Assembly: GCA_964106645.2 (NCBI GenBank)
Contig: OZ067038.1
Reading direction: 5' to 3' (one strand)
From: Podarcis pityusensis
Lineage: Eukaryota
Length of the DNA: 64,000 nt
Position numbers and translations under genes: made by a program. Of this stretch, positions 12,101 through 26,600 are shown piece after piece. The notes below the pieces were generated by a model that was given only the letters and a program-made list of their open reading frames with translations, was not told the DNA's origin and searched no databases. The stretch's first letter is position 1. The number at the start of each line of letters is the position of its first letter.

Positions 12101-15100
12101 GAGGGAATTCTGAATCAGGCCCCCAACTTGTTAGGGCCAAATTAGAATCAACCTTCATTGTGTGAGTGCTGTTAATATGCATGGGTTTTGTTAGACAAAT
12201 AGCTGAGTGAAGCCTATGCTGCTGGGTAAACATTTAGGGCCTGGGGAGGGTTAATTCTCTTATCTCCCTGCCAAGGTCTGGATGCTGCTCAAACTGCTAT
12301 CTGCATTTCAAGGGAACATCCACTGCTGCCAGTGGGAGCTTATGAGCCATACTAGTTTCCTCCTCACCTTTGCTGTCCCCCAGTCGCTCAATTTCCCTCT
12401 CTGCTGCTTTTTATATAGCAAAAACACATTGGGTGCCTTCATGCAATTAACATCACTTTTTAGTTTTCCCTGTTGCTAACCTTACTAAGGAGTCTTTGGT
12501 GAGGCACATGGTCAACATAACTGTCTAGCCTCCCAGGGAATGATTCGTTCTGCCACTTCTTTCATTATCTTGTATATGACCTTTTAATTGTTGAGCGGTT
12601 TTTAAAAAATTATTACCACTTTGGATTTTGTCCTGGTTAGCCACCTTCTCTATTCATTTTAAAAATACATTTTTATTATGCCTTTCTGCTTTAACAAATC
12701 ACTGAAGGCAGCTCTTAAAATTTTAGAAGAGTCATGTACATAAAACTAACAATAAAACTTTAACTAAAAACAGCAGTAAGATCTTCAGTACAAAAACAGA
12801 AAAGAAAAGAAATGCAAGCAGCAGTTGTTCATGCTTAAAAAACACCCCTCAATGCCTTCTGAAATAATGATATATTCACAAGTCACCAAAAGCAAATAGC
12901 TAAGTTAGCTTTCCAAGGAAGAGAGCTCCAGAACTGTGACTGCAGTAACTGGAAAAGCCCTGTCCTTTTGGTTCAAAAAGGAGGATAATAAACACTTGGA
13001 CAAAGGGGCAGGAAGGAAGGTTCTCAGTCAGTTGCCAATACCAAGCCTAGCTTGGCTGGGTAGATATTGTAGGCTCAGGGCTATTGATATAGTCTAGCAG
13101 TCTCTGTATCCATATTGGATGGGTGAGCTAGGTTGTATAACAGTATTTTTTCCTCCCAGAGAATCAGTGCCACACCTGGAAGCTTCTGGGGATTTTCACA
13201 TTTTACACTGCAATCATGTCTACGGCTTATATAGCAGTGTTTGCCTTGATGATTGCCATAAAATGAAGTGTGTGTGTGTGTACACAGGTGATAGATATCT
13301 GGGAGGGAGCAATGTCCAATTTAAGCCTTGTTGCACATACTGTGTGTCCCTGTGCCTTTAGAGAGATGGGTCTGCTCTTCATGATTCATGGTAGTTGCTG
13401 AAAGACACAAACACACACATGGCAGGCATCTGCTCCATAAAATATGAATCTACCCTTAGGGAACGTTCTTAGTTTATTTACTTCATTCTACATCTCCCTC
13501 TTGTTTGCTATTAAATGTCATTTTCTAAATGTTTGAAAGCGGTGCCACCATTGGGGGGGGGCAGGTTGGGGAAGAGTAGGAAATACTGAAAGCTTAACAA
13601 AGGAAAAAACATAGCAATGCCTTTTTTGTGTTGGTTTTGCCTCCAGAAAGGTATATCCTAACACCCATACACAATATCTGGTAATTCCTGAAACAGTTCT
13701 CCCAGATATTTTTAATTGAGATTTTTTTTAATTGAAACTTTGCTGCACAGATATTTTGCCTGATTCCTTTCCTCTGTTTATTTACTATTTTACGTGATAA
13801 GGCCCAGCTAATGAGAGAGAGAGGTGCTCCACATTTACCCCCTGTAGCAAAGCCATTCTAATATTTGGGGGAATAGGGAATCTGTGCCTGTTCTTCAAGT
13901 GGACTTAATTTCCTTGCCTCAGTTGTGGCAAAGATTGGGGCTGGTAAGTTTCAGCACCATGGTTAGCTCCTTGCAGACCGCTTGAGTCTGACTTTTTGCT
14001 CAGCAATAAAGCACTATTGACAAGTTTAAAAGTTGCTTTCGCATCCTTCATTCACTCAGGGTTTAGAAAGGAATCCAGGTGATGTCATTATCAAAAGGTT
14101 GGATTCCTGTATTTTCTGTCAACCCTGCCCCCTCCTTTTTTTTTTTTAAAAAAAGGCTAATCACTAGCTTCTTTATTCCGTCATGGTGACCATTGCTTAT
14201 GGTATTCCTGAATTGTCCTTGAAGGTGATGGTTATTGCTGGGTTAGATATAGATCCGTGTGATTAGATTATTATTTAACTTGTTGTTATTGTTTAAACAG
14301 TTCATTTACCACTTGACAACAGTCATGTCTAAGCAGGGTAAAAGAAATACCTTGTATAAAAAAGTAAACACTTATTAAAAGTTTAAGTGCCTGCTGGAAT
14401 AATAATTTTAAAAGTCATCAGTAGGTGCTGGAAGTCCAACAGGGAGGAGGCCTGTCTGACCTCTACTGGAAGGGCATTCCATAAAATTGGGCGCACAATA
14501 TGGAGCACACTGCTCTTTGTGGATACGACTCATGCATCAGTGACTGCACTGTGGCAATTGAGTCCAACAAGACATAAGGACATCCTGAAGGTAGAAAGAA
14601 ATGAGTTCTATTCATTTGAAACATTGTAATATGATTTAGGTCTTGAAATACATACTATTTGCTGTAGCCAAGTAGATTTGAACCCCTGCAAAGCAGTCAA
14701 GCTGGAGCATCTCTTTTATTAATTATAATACCGTCTCTCTGGAAAACTCTGGTGTGTCTCTGTCACTCTCTTTCCAGGCTGCCTATTTGACAGGAGACTC
14801 TGCTCCCAACAGGAAGTCTGTGTGCAAGGTAAATAAGCTTGGGATGGATTGGAATTAAGGGCATTAAGTCCATAGGGAGGCAAAGCACCTGTTGCTGCAG
14901 AGTGATGTACACTTATTTCCCCTGCTGTGTTAAAATATGCTTTCTGCATTTGTTATGAAGTGGGGGGGGGGGAGGACTACACGTGCAGCAGGCTCTGATC
15001 TGGAAGCCTTTCTGCCCCAAGAATGGGACAAGTGCTTGCCTCTTTTCCATGTTGGCATGTTTCCTTGAGATACTCCTTGATGCTTCTCATATGAATTACA

Positions 15101-18100
15101 ACCTTGTTGTGATATTGGTCCATTTGGGCATTTAACGGTAGAAGGCGTGACTGCACACTTACCCTCACAAGACAAAATTATTTCACTTTCCCTGTCTCTT
15201 AGTGCAGTCCTATCCAGGTTTGCCTTGGGCTAAATCCCACTGAATTCAATGAGGCTTACTTCCAGGAAAGTGTATTTCAGCTTCAAGCTTTTGCATATCT
15301 AATTATCTTAGGATGGACTTTCGTGAAATTCATTGGAAACATATTGTATTCACACCCTATATTGAAGCTCCCCATAAGCTGTGCAGCAGCCTGCTAACCA
15401 CCATCTCATCTGCCTAGCTGTGTCTTATTCTCTGACCCTACTTCTCTCTTCCCCCTACTTTCACCGATCTTTCCACCCTGAGTTGCATGACCACTGTCTC
15501 ATAGTCATGTTATCTTTGCAGATGGATTGTTTGGTCAGTGCCAGGAAGGTTCCCTTCGAGATAAGCCGTACTTCCAGGTTACAGCCTCTGTGCTCCAGCG
15601 TTTGCAGGATGTGCTGCAGCATCTCATGGCACAAGGTAAGTGTCCGTGCTTGAGGAGGAGGAGGAGAATTAACGTAAGATGAGGGAAATGAGCCAGCTCT
15701 GCACAAACCAGGAGAGGGAATTAAGAGCACTGTATGCCCTGTCTTGGCAACATTACTTGGGAGTCTGTCCAACCCCCCAGTACCACAGAACCTTCTACCA
15801 AGTGAGGCCATTGGTCCATTTAGTGCAATATTGTGTGAACTGACTGGCAGTGGCAGCAGCTCTCAGGGTTCCAGATGAAATTCTCTCCCAGCCCCACCTG
15901 GAAATGCTGGGCATTGAACTTGAGATCTTTTGCATGCAAAGTAGATGCTTTAGCACTGAGCTATGACATCATGCTATAAATGCATACTATAATCGGGCAC
16001 CTCTAACATATGCTCAGACTAAGGGTTCCTCCAAGCTGGATGTTGTTGTTGTTGTTTTTGGGGTGTGTATTTTGCAACATATTGTGGCAATAATAGTGCA
16101 TTAGAAGTGGACTTATACTGGACCAACCACGCCTCAGTCCACTTTATTAGTTGTTCTGCTATGCTTCCCCAAGATTGCTGCATTATTGCACAACAAAAGC
16201 AGGACAAAAAGTAAACGGGAACATTTATGGTATAAATAGGTGCAGCATTTCAGCAGGAAGTTGTGGGACTTAGAAACAAAGCAGTGTATCTTCCCCAAAA
16301 CGTTTGCAGGTGCAAACAGCCACAATACAGTTCACAATAAAACGGATGGGGCCCTGTATTTTACTATTTGTCTCTGGCAAATACCTGTCTCTATATTTTG
16401 GGGATGCCGTGCTAAAATCTTTAGTCTTAGTTTCTGCAGTTGGTCATTCTTTGGACTACAGCTGCTTCCCAAGGATTGGATGATATTCATAGTTTCAGCG
16501 CTGGATTCAATACTTGGCTGTTGTGGCCATGCTTTGACTTAGCTCTCCATCTTCATGGCAGGTTTATCATGGCAGGATGACCTTACCCAACACGTGATCT
16601 CCCGGGAGATGGAACGCATCCCCAGACTTCACCTTCCACCTCCTTGGGAGTCTGTAGCTGAGAACAGGTAAGGGGAACAGTTCATTTGGAATGTGAGCTT
16701 TTACTTGAGTTGCTGCCATTAATTTTCATCCAATATCTGCTTATCACAACTGAGAGGGGGAAATGTCTCTTGGAGAATAAAGGGGAACTCCCTTGTCTCC
16801 TAGCTGATAGTCATCTGTCTGTCTCTCAGAATGACAAATTTTAAGGACAACTCAAACACAAAAACAAGCACAGAGAAGTCTGTGCTTCTCTCAGCCAAGA
16901 TCTACTTATCCATATTCAAGGGAAAGGAAGCTGTTGTAGGTGGTTTGAGATCCGACTCCAGTGCTCACCAGTACAACACTAATTTCAGAGCAGAACACTC
17001 CTCTTCCAGGAGCTTGTAACGCTTGCAAGACATTTAGAAATGTCTTGTTCTTAAACTCTCAACGTAAGAACCACCTTTGAACAAATCTTAGGGCAACATT
17101 TTATTCTCTCCACGTCTATAAAATCTCTTTCTCTTGCTTCTTTGTGGTGCTTTCCCCCCTCTTTCTGTACACAACTGTTTTGAAGGCAAAGACTCTTGAG
17201 AGCCCAAGAAATAAGGCAGCAAATCATTGTGGAGACAAACTCAAAAAGTGCCAGGAAGAGAACTGGAAATGTCAGGACTTAAAAATAAACAGAGACAGCC
17301 CACTATGAGGTTTGGAAACTCCCCATGATGGTGTCCACAAGACGTCCAAGCAGTGGCCATTGATGCAAGAACACTTAATGATATCAGGAAAACTTCCCTA
17401 CAGAGAGTTAGAGGCGCTGCCCCGATAATATTGTAGCATGCAGAAAACACATCTTGTTGGACTGGGAAATGGGAGCTTCTAGATGCCAAGCTGCATATTG
17501 ATAGCATAAGATATTGCCCATGACTGTTCTCTTTTCAGGTTCCCGCCTAGTCACCTGTCTCCAAGGAAATCCTCTTTGCCACCAGAGCCTGCCTCCCTCC
17601 AGACAGCTCATCAGCCTCCTCTCCCTCCAGTCCTCCTGCAGCGGTACCTGGAGCTGCTGTTGGCTTCTCAGCCTGAGCTAGGCTACAAGGAGCCCTTCTT
17701 ATCTTCATATCCACATCACCAGGTGTGTCTCAGCAGTGCTGCATACAGAGTAAGGGCAAGGAGCCTTCACGAAGAGCTGGAAGAAGAGTCAAGGGCCTGT
17801 CCTGTGATTTGCAAAGTGGCCTGTTGAAATGGAGAGAACTGAATGTGCTTAGGAGGCCTACGTTTTACTGAAGCGTTGAGTAGGAAGGAGTCACTTCAAA
17901 GTCTGAGCAGAACTGTAACTGCTGATGATAGATTTTGGACTGCAGGCCACTGAATTCTAAACTGCACCACTTTGCCTTTGGAAAAAGTTTCTTGCTGGCT
18001 AGGATGAAGGATATTTAGAGGGGGTGGGATGCTTATGGTGTTTTATTTTAACCAATAAGTTCCAATCAGTCACTTCAGTTGCTAATTCTTTGCTATATCC

Positions 18101-20633
18101 TTTCAACCTAAAAGTTCCTTTTCTCATCTATTTTTTTTTAGAAACCCACCAACTCCTTATTAAACTCCATATGCCTAAATGCACAAAAACTTATTTCGCA
18201 CTGTACTTTTGTTTTTTTACATTGCACAAAATGGGTCTAGCTGCATGTTAGAACAAATTCTGCTGCCCTCTGCCGTGACCACTTCAAGATTGCCTTTCCG
18301 TTTCCCTGTGTTCAGTTCAGCTACCCAGATGGTACCTTCCGGGACAACCCCAATGCTCACAGAGCTGAGCACCCTGTTCTGCTGGACCGAGCTGCTGCTT
18401 CTAAGGCCCTGTTTGGTGCCAGCACTGCTCCCTCCTACAGGGGGCAGCAGGGAGTGGATGGAGGTCAACTTTTCCAGGACCTGGGAGCACTTTACCTAAC
18501 ACAGGAGCAGGCAGGTAAATCGAGAACTATGGCACAGCAGAAGCACGATTCCAGGACGGATGGCCCCTTTCCGGACTATGGCGACAGCTCTGAATACAGA
18601 GGAGAGCCCCGGGCACTCCTGGCAGAGCCAGGTGAGACTGTTCCTACCTGTCTTTCACTAAGGGGTTCCTCAAGCACTTTATAGCTCAGGGGTGAGGAAT
18701 CTCTGCTCTTGTGGATGCTGTTGGACTCCTCCCATCTGCTCCAGTCAGTCTTGGCCAACGGTCAAGATTAATGGGAGTTGTAGTACAATGGCCTATGGAG
18801 GCCGCAGGATCCCCACCCCTGTTGTAGCTTGTTATCTCAACCTAGAAGCCTTGGTGCTGGTGGGGCTGCTGTTGCAACACCTTCCTCTTTCCCCAATTTC
18901 CCTTCCACAGATAGAGCACTAGAGAGGCTGGCAGCAGTGCTTGCCAGCTATGGCATCAGGCCCCAGGATCTCACTCCCCAGCATCTCAGCTCCCTTACTG
19001 GTCTTCTCCGGCTCCTCAGGAGTCCAGGTAAGATTGGCAAGATGGTATATGTAAGAGGATCTGGGAGAAGGGACAGCTGGGATGTCTATAGCTGAAGGAG
19101 AGGAGATGGAGAGAGGGTTGTGTGTGTCTGGGGATAACATGGAACAATATCCGGACTATGTCTGCATTGACAAGGGCCGAGCTGTGCTATTACTGCAGTG
19201 GCGTAGCGTGGGGGGTGCGGGGGGGGGCCCGGCCGCACCGGGCGCAACATCTGGGGGGGGCGCGCTCGCACTCGCAGCTCTATGCCCCTACCAAAATCCA
19301 CGGGTTAGGGGGCGCAAATTACTTGCCTTGCCCCGGGTGCTGACAACCCATGCTACGCCACTGTATTACTGTGCTGATCCAGCCCTGCTAATCACAATCT
19401 GGGGATAAATCTGAGTTGGAGCTCTATCCAGAACCTGTTTTTCTGTGTTGGTGCTTAGCTGTGGAGCCCATGAAGTAGTAATGAAAGGGAGCGTGTACTT
19501 GCTGTACAGAATACCTTTACTGCTATGTAATCAAAACGCCAACCCTACCCCCTCCTGCACATCTGGGAACATTGGGCAGAGGTTCGAAAGTGGGTAGTTT
19601 GATTTCCAGGTTGGCTTGAGGATTTAAGATCTCATACCTTAAAAACTAAATACTCTTCTAATTCTCTCCCCAGCTGGTAGGCTTGGACCAGACACTCCAG
19701 AATCTAAGCGGGTAAGCAGCTCCTTCTAAAGGCAAGGGGCAGTCTCCAGCCCGGAGTTCCTAAGGTCCTCTTAAGATTGTTGGAATTCGCTTTCACACAG
19801 TTTATGGGGGGCAAATGGTATGGGAAGCCTGAGTTGATGAATCAACGTCTTGCCCTGAGGAGTAGACTTGGCCTGTACCTAACCTGTTCCAGCCCCTATA
19901 GTACAATCCTCCACAGCTAGTTTCTAGATGGACAGCCTGTGGAGAAGATTGGGTGTGTGCCCCTGAGACCTGAAGGCAGAGTTGGCCAGCCTGAGGCTGA
20001 TAATGAACAGGCACAGTTAATGATTCAGGGGCTTTGGTTGGAGTAGAGGGCAGGAGGGATCACCCAACCGCTGGTGGTTGCAGATTGGAAGTGTTGAGGT
20101 GCTGGTGAGTGATGTGCCTCTTTCTCCTCAGGTGACAGAAGCTGAAATGCAACATGGGGAGGAGCTGGAGCCACCCCCCTCTCAAGAGAGCTATGTCAGT
20201 GCTGTGCCCACAGAGGGGCAGGTGCAGGCACAGAGGGAGACGCTTAGCCCAACGAAGGCCAAAATAACCATGACGACAGCTTCCCCAGAACAACCTGAGC
20301 CCCTCCGTGCTGGTGAGGGGGAAGCAGCTGGCCTCAAGAGGCAGGTGGCAGTGATGAAGAAGAGCCACACATCAGTAGGGGTACCTGGCAAGGATGAGGA
20401 CCGGCCAGAGACAGCGCTGGCTGCTGAGGAATACGGCTACATTGTCACTGACCAAAAGTGAGAGAAGGGGTGGGACATGGGGGGAAGGGGAAGGGCCAAG
20501 GAAATAGGAGTTAGGCCAGTGGGGGCGAGGTGTGTGCTCTCTAACATTTGGGAGATAGGGTGCTATTTGAGAGGTAAAAATGCATGTGCTTGTCTAACAT
20601 AGGCACGAGATCAAGACTCACACTATTAATAAC

Positions 20634-20672
<39 letters not shown>

Positions 20673-23600
20673 TTAAATTTGTATTCCGCCCTTCAGCTGA
20701 AGATTACAGGGCAGTTCGCAACTTAAAAGCACAAAATGATAACACAAAATACATTTAAAAAGAACCCTGCTCCCATAAGCGCATTTAAAAAGCCACAGAA
20801 TTCTTAATCAGCCAAAGGCCTAGCTATAGAGAAATGTTTTCGTCTGATACCTGAAGATACGTAATGAAGGCGCTAGGCTAGTCTCCCTGGGGAGAGCATT
20901 CTTCAAGTGGGCAGCCACTGCAGAAAAGGCCTGTTCTTGTGCTGCCACCCTCTGGACCTCCTCTTGTGGAGGAGGGGGCACATGAAGAAGGACCTCAGGT
21001 GTGTGGGGAAATAGATGATGAGGTTTCAGTGAGGGAGAACAAGGAATGTTCTTCTTCTCTCCCTCGAATCCTATGGCTTCTTGCTGTTGCACTTGGGCAA
21101 AACTGGACTTTAATCCCAACACATATTTGCCATCTCATTCAGATTGTTGGGTTGTCTTGACAGCTCTCATGGGCTGCATTGCTTAGGTGTTTCCTTAGAG
21201 TGGGTGGCAGGAGGTTGTTGGCATTCGCTCATTGTATACCAGTACAAGGAAAGTGTTGCCCTCCCGCTTTCTGCCTCCCATTGTTTCTCCCATGCATGCT
21301 TTCCCCATTGGCTCCTGGCCTCTCCTCTGTCTTCACCACCTGCAGGCCACTGGGTCTTGCTGCTGGCATCCGGCTCCTGGAGATCCTGGCTGAGCACGTG
21401 CACTTGTCCACTGCCAGTTTCATCAACATCAGGCAAGTGCTGCTGGGACTTAACTGAGAGGTGGGGATCCATAAGGAACTGGAGTGTGTTGTTGCCTCTG
21501 GCGCCTCAGGAAGGGGAGGAGCCTGGTGAGGCAGGCTGGAGAGGGTTCTGGAAGCATATCCTGAGGAAGATGCCTTTCCCAAGACTGAGGGGTCTTTTGG
21601 GATCTCCACAATCCTTTTCAAGTAGCTAATGTATCCTGTCCTGGCAGGTTCCCATTGCTGGATGGTCACAAGGCACTTGCCTTTTTATATAAATACGGTT
21701 ACCTGAAGTGGCTTTGGAAGTTGTTGCGCCAGCTGGCTTATCCTGAAGACACAACTTTTATTAAAAATGGACAAGGAACTGGATGACATTGTGGCCACAG
21801 TCTCTCTCTCTTTCCTTCCCTTTCTCATATTGTTGCCTGCTTGCATTGAAATTGGAACTAGGCCCCAACCCTTCTGCATACCCAACATTATGATTGTGAT
21901 ATCGCTTCTTGGCCTGAGACAAAACACAGGTGGCCTTTACTGTGCCTGACTCCAAGCTGCTAATTGGTAAATAAAGGAGGTGTCATGAGATTAGAGGGTT
22001 AGATATTGCCAGGGCTTTTTTCCCCCCCTCAATAAAAAAAGCCAGAAATCACTGAAACTCAGTTCCAGCACCTCAGGTGGGTGCCATTGCTAATATAAGA
22101 GAACAAGGTTGAGTCCTGGCACCTCTTTTTCTAGAAAAATAGCACTGGATATTGTTGAACATGGTGATACACAAAGCAGCAGAGGCAACCTGCTTTGTGG
22201 GTGTATATTGAGCTAGGATGGAATCGGGACACCTTGTAACCTCAAACCTCTCACCTTGCAGTGTTGTGGGCCCAGCTCTCACCTTCCGCATCCGTCAAAA
22301 CCACCAAAACCTGTCTCTGGGTGATGTGGCCAACAGGGCTGGTAAGTTGACTCTGAAACGATAGTTGCAACATATGAGAATACATCTGGTTACAGACTCA
22401 TTTCGCCATCCATGATCTAGAAGGACTCTAGTGGTTCTTCTCAATTAGATATGGAACAGGAGGGCTGGAGAATACCCCAGATGGACTCCAAATCCCATTA
22501 GCTCCAGCCAGCATGATTAATAGTCAGGGAGGAGGTAGACCAGCAAGGCTGGGAGGAGTACAGCTTCCCCACTCCTGCCCTACAACATTGTACTCCCTCC
22601 TGACTTGATGCTTGGCCACCCTTTATCCTGCTGTCCATTTGCCCAGTTAATGTCCATGTGCAGAGTATCCATTTCTTCCTTCAGATGCAATAGGCAAACA
22701 TCAGTGAAGGCAGCTACCTTTAGTAAACAAAGTAAGGAAGGCTATCATGCAACATGGCCGTGATCCAGAGATTTAGCACACCACTCCCTGGGCCACTCAA
22801 AAGCTTTCACTCCCCCAGCAACTGCCTGCCTGCCTTTGTCCTTTTGCCAGCTGTCCCTCCTTTTTTGTCCCCTTTTCCCATCTAGCCCTGGTGAAGCCAC
22901 AGCTGGAGACGGAGGTGGGAGTGAAGATCCTACAGACAGGTGTTGGGCAGGTAAAGCTGGGGGGTCATAGGCCTTGGGATTTGCCGCCATCTTTGGGTTT
23001 TGATCATAGCCCTATTTAAGAGTTTAAGCAACATAACGGAGAAGCAGGGTTGGTTGTGCTGCTCAGACCTGCCCCCTGAAGCACACCCACCTTGACGCAG
23101 TTCAGAGCCCTTCACAGCTCGAAAGCAGAGATCTGCCCCCAACCTGGTGGAAGCACCCAGTGCAATTTGAATCCCTGGTTGTGCTTGGCTTTAAATCCTT
23201 ACAGGAGGCCTGTGTGAGTGGCAGAGGCTCCTTGCTTCTGACATTTACCTTCAAAACTCATGGAAGGCTCTAAACTGTGTAGAGATGATGGGGTGGAGCT
23301 TAGCCGCATGGCCCTGCTCTTCCTTGCATGTTTATCTACATGTGAGCAGAATGAGTACCTGAATACGGCCAGGGATTAGTCAAGAAGTGGAGCTTGGAGA
23401 ATCCTGGATCACCAGCCCAGCATCGCCTAAGTCAAATTTGAAAGTGAGTGGGGCAGGGGCCCTCCAGATGCTATTGGACCGCAGCTTGCATCAGCCAGTG
23501 TTGCCAGTAATCAGGGATGCTGGGAGTTGTAGTGCAACAGCTCCTGGAGCTCCCCAGCCCTGCAGTGCCCTGGCACCAAGAGGCCAACCGAGGGATCACG

Positions 23601-26600
23601 TGTGGTGGTGCTTCCAGCATGCAGGTTTAATGTGGGAGGAAATGTACTGGCTGCAGGTTACGTAACGTAGGGAAGAAGAGTTTGGCAAGGACTCCCATGG
23701 ACTGCTGGGGTTTTCACAGTTGATCGAGGAAATGAGAACTTTTTTCTTCAAGGAGCCAGAGGAAATCCTGGTTGGTTTCCATGATACAAAGATTGTGGGA
23801 GCGCCAGCAGCCACCGACTGCCACATGTGCCAATTTTGACTCCCTCTTCCGCCTTTGCACGTCCCATGAGCCCCTTCCTATCCCACTGTGCTGCTCTTGA
23901 CTCCCGTCTCCTTCCCCACAGCGCAACGAGGCTGCGACCTACCCGCACCCCACACACTTTGGCGACACCTTCCGCTCAGTGCTGCTCACCTTTGTCCTGC
24001 TGGCCTGCGTGGCTGGCATTGTGATAGCCGCCGCGGTGGTCTTCTGTCTGCGCCAGCATGCCAAGCAGCGAGAGAAGGAGCGGTTGGCAGGGCTGGGGCC
24101 TGAGGGAGCGGCTGACAGCACCTTTGAATACCAGGTATGGTGTGGCCCATTTTGCCCTTTGCAAAGAGCTGCAAATTGGGGCTGTTTCCCCAAAGTTTGG
24201 GAGGAGCCACAAAGCTTCTGTCCTGGAAGAGGGGCTTTGTGTGCAAGGACACTGCTTTGTTGCCTCTGACGTTCTGGCAAGCTCCGACCTGATGTTCGCC
24301 CTGCCTGTGGCAGATCTTTAGTGCATTAGCTGCTGCAGCTGTGTCTTTCCCACAGGAGTTGTGTCGGCAGCACATGGCTGCCAAATCACTGTTTGGCCGT
24401 GCCGAAGCTCCCTCGCCCTCCGCTCCGGCAGAGAATTCCCGCGTCAGCAGTGTCTCCTCACAGTTCAGTGATGCGCCCCAGGCCAGCCCCAGCTCCCATA
24501 GCAGCACACCATCCTGGTGCGAGGAGCCTGTGCAATCCAACATGGACATCTCTACTGGGCACATGATTCTGGTGAGGCGTGCTTGCACCGTGTGTGTGTG
24601 TGGAGGTACAGGCTTTATTGAGGTGCAAAGTTGCCAGGTAACAGCTTTGCAACAACCAGAGGTGCTATGGCCTAGTGGTGGGGAACCTGTGGCCTTAAAA
24701 GTGACATTGGACCCCAACTCCCATCATCCCCGGACATTGGCCATACTGGCTGAGGCAAAGGGATGGTGGAGTTCAACCATATCTGAAGCAACACAGGTTC
24801 CCATCTTTAGACATACAATTATTATGTGTTGGCAAAATGATAGTAGATGAAATGACAAGATTTCTGATTTCAGATAGTACGCAGCAGTGCCCCTGCTGTC
24901 TCTTGCTCCCCATGGATCTTGGCCTATAGATATCAGCAGTCTCCTTTTTGATGACTGGCTATTTCTGGGGCAGCCAACACAGTGTCATCCAGATGTTTAG
25001 GGCCACAGCTCCAGTCCAGAACATCTGGGCAGCACCATATTGGCTACCCCTGGACCTTTTATTTCTTTATTTGGCAGAACAGATATTCTGCTTAATCAAC
25101 AAGAACCTCTTAAGCGGTTTACATAAAACAATATGAAATATAAAGAAACATGTGGGGAAAAAATTACCATGGTTATGTTAAAACGTATGCAAGATTTGAA
25201 GTATAGCAGCAGATAAGAATTGTAGTTTAATAATTTATAGTTAACATATATAATGGGTAAAATATAAGTAATATAGCAGCTTTATAAGGTCAGAAAAGAA
25301 CTGCCAGGGAAAGGTGGATAGAAAGTCAATGGAAATGAGAAATTTGCTCTGATGGTTGTTTAAAAGAATTTGCAAAATTTGAAAAGTTAATAAAATAAAT
25401 ATTAACAAAAATATAAATGCAGAACACTGGTAAGAGCGAACATTAAAAACATTTTTTTTTTCATAATATAAATAAAACCAGCAATTTCAAACAACATCTG
25501 CATAATAAAATTGCATGTTTAAAATTACTTGTCTGGGGTAGTGTGTAGGCACCCACATAGGTATGTGCAGGTGTGCTTGTGCAAGTGGACATGTTTAGGA
25601 GGTGGTAATGATGCTGTCCCCCCCCCGTCACCTGTAGGCATACATGGAGGACCACCTGCGCAACCGTGACCGGTTAGCCAAGGAGTGGCAGGCGCTGTGT
25701 GCATACCAGGCTGAGCCTAATGCCTGTGAGGCTGCGCAGCGTGAAGCAAACATCAAGAAAAACCGCAACCCTGATTATGTGCCCTGTGAGTAGCACAGAA
25801 CAGTGCTTCTTCCTGGTATCCCTGTTTCCAGGGCCATTGCTGGCATGCCAGTTCTGAGGCTCTTCTGCATGGGGTTTGTTGAATGATTGCATGACCAATG
25901 ACTTGCTTTTTTCCAGTTTTAATTTGCATTTAAAAGCAAATTTGTCTAGTTTGCACTTTCTAAAACAATGCACAAACGGAAGCACAGCCATTCTTTGAAA
26001 TTCAGACTTCTCCAAAGTTTCCAGGGGAGTTCTCCCACCAAGGGATCTGCACAAAAATGTATATGCCAGTGTGCATAGAAATGCAAATATTTCTGAAAAT
26101 AAGATACTAAAATGGTATTAGGGGGAATGTGTATATTAGGATAAATTTTCACTAAAATGCTAGTGACTTGAAGGACTCTTTTTTTGTAAAAGCAAACTGA
26201 TGTGGCAATGTGGAGAGCTGAACTTAAGAATGGAAAAATGAGAAACTGAGAGAAACTGGAATGGAAGGATTCACCCGTCCTTAGTAATAGCTCATGTTGT
26301 CTGTGAACTCCAGGACTGAGGCCCAGAACCCTCCAGGGGTCCCTGGCTACTCAGTTGGGTCCTGTTACATTGACTCATTGCACTTTTTGCTGTTTCCAGA
26401 CGATCATGCCCGCATCAAGCTGAAGGCAGAGAGCAATCCTTCCCGCAGTGACTTCATCAATGCTAGCCCTATTGTGAGTGCCACAAACTCAGATTCACAC
26501 TCTCCTCTGAACTGCCCCCTTGAATCCACTGAATCTGTCACACTGCCCTCATGTAAGAGGCAACCTTTTGCTCGGTCAAGTCTATCAACTGTGGCTCATT

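Noticed and set aside
23986-24717. 243-aa antisense ORF
   Set aside because: Shadow frame opposite PTPRN exons 13-14
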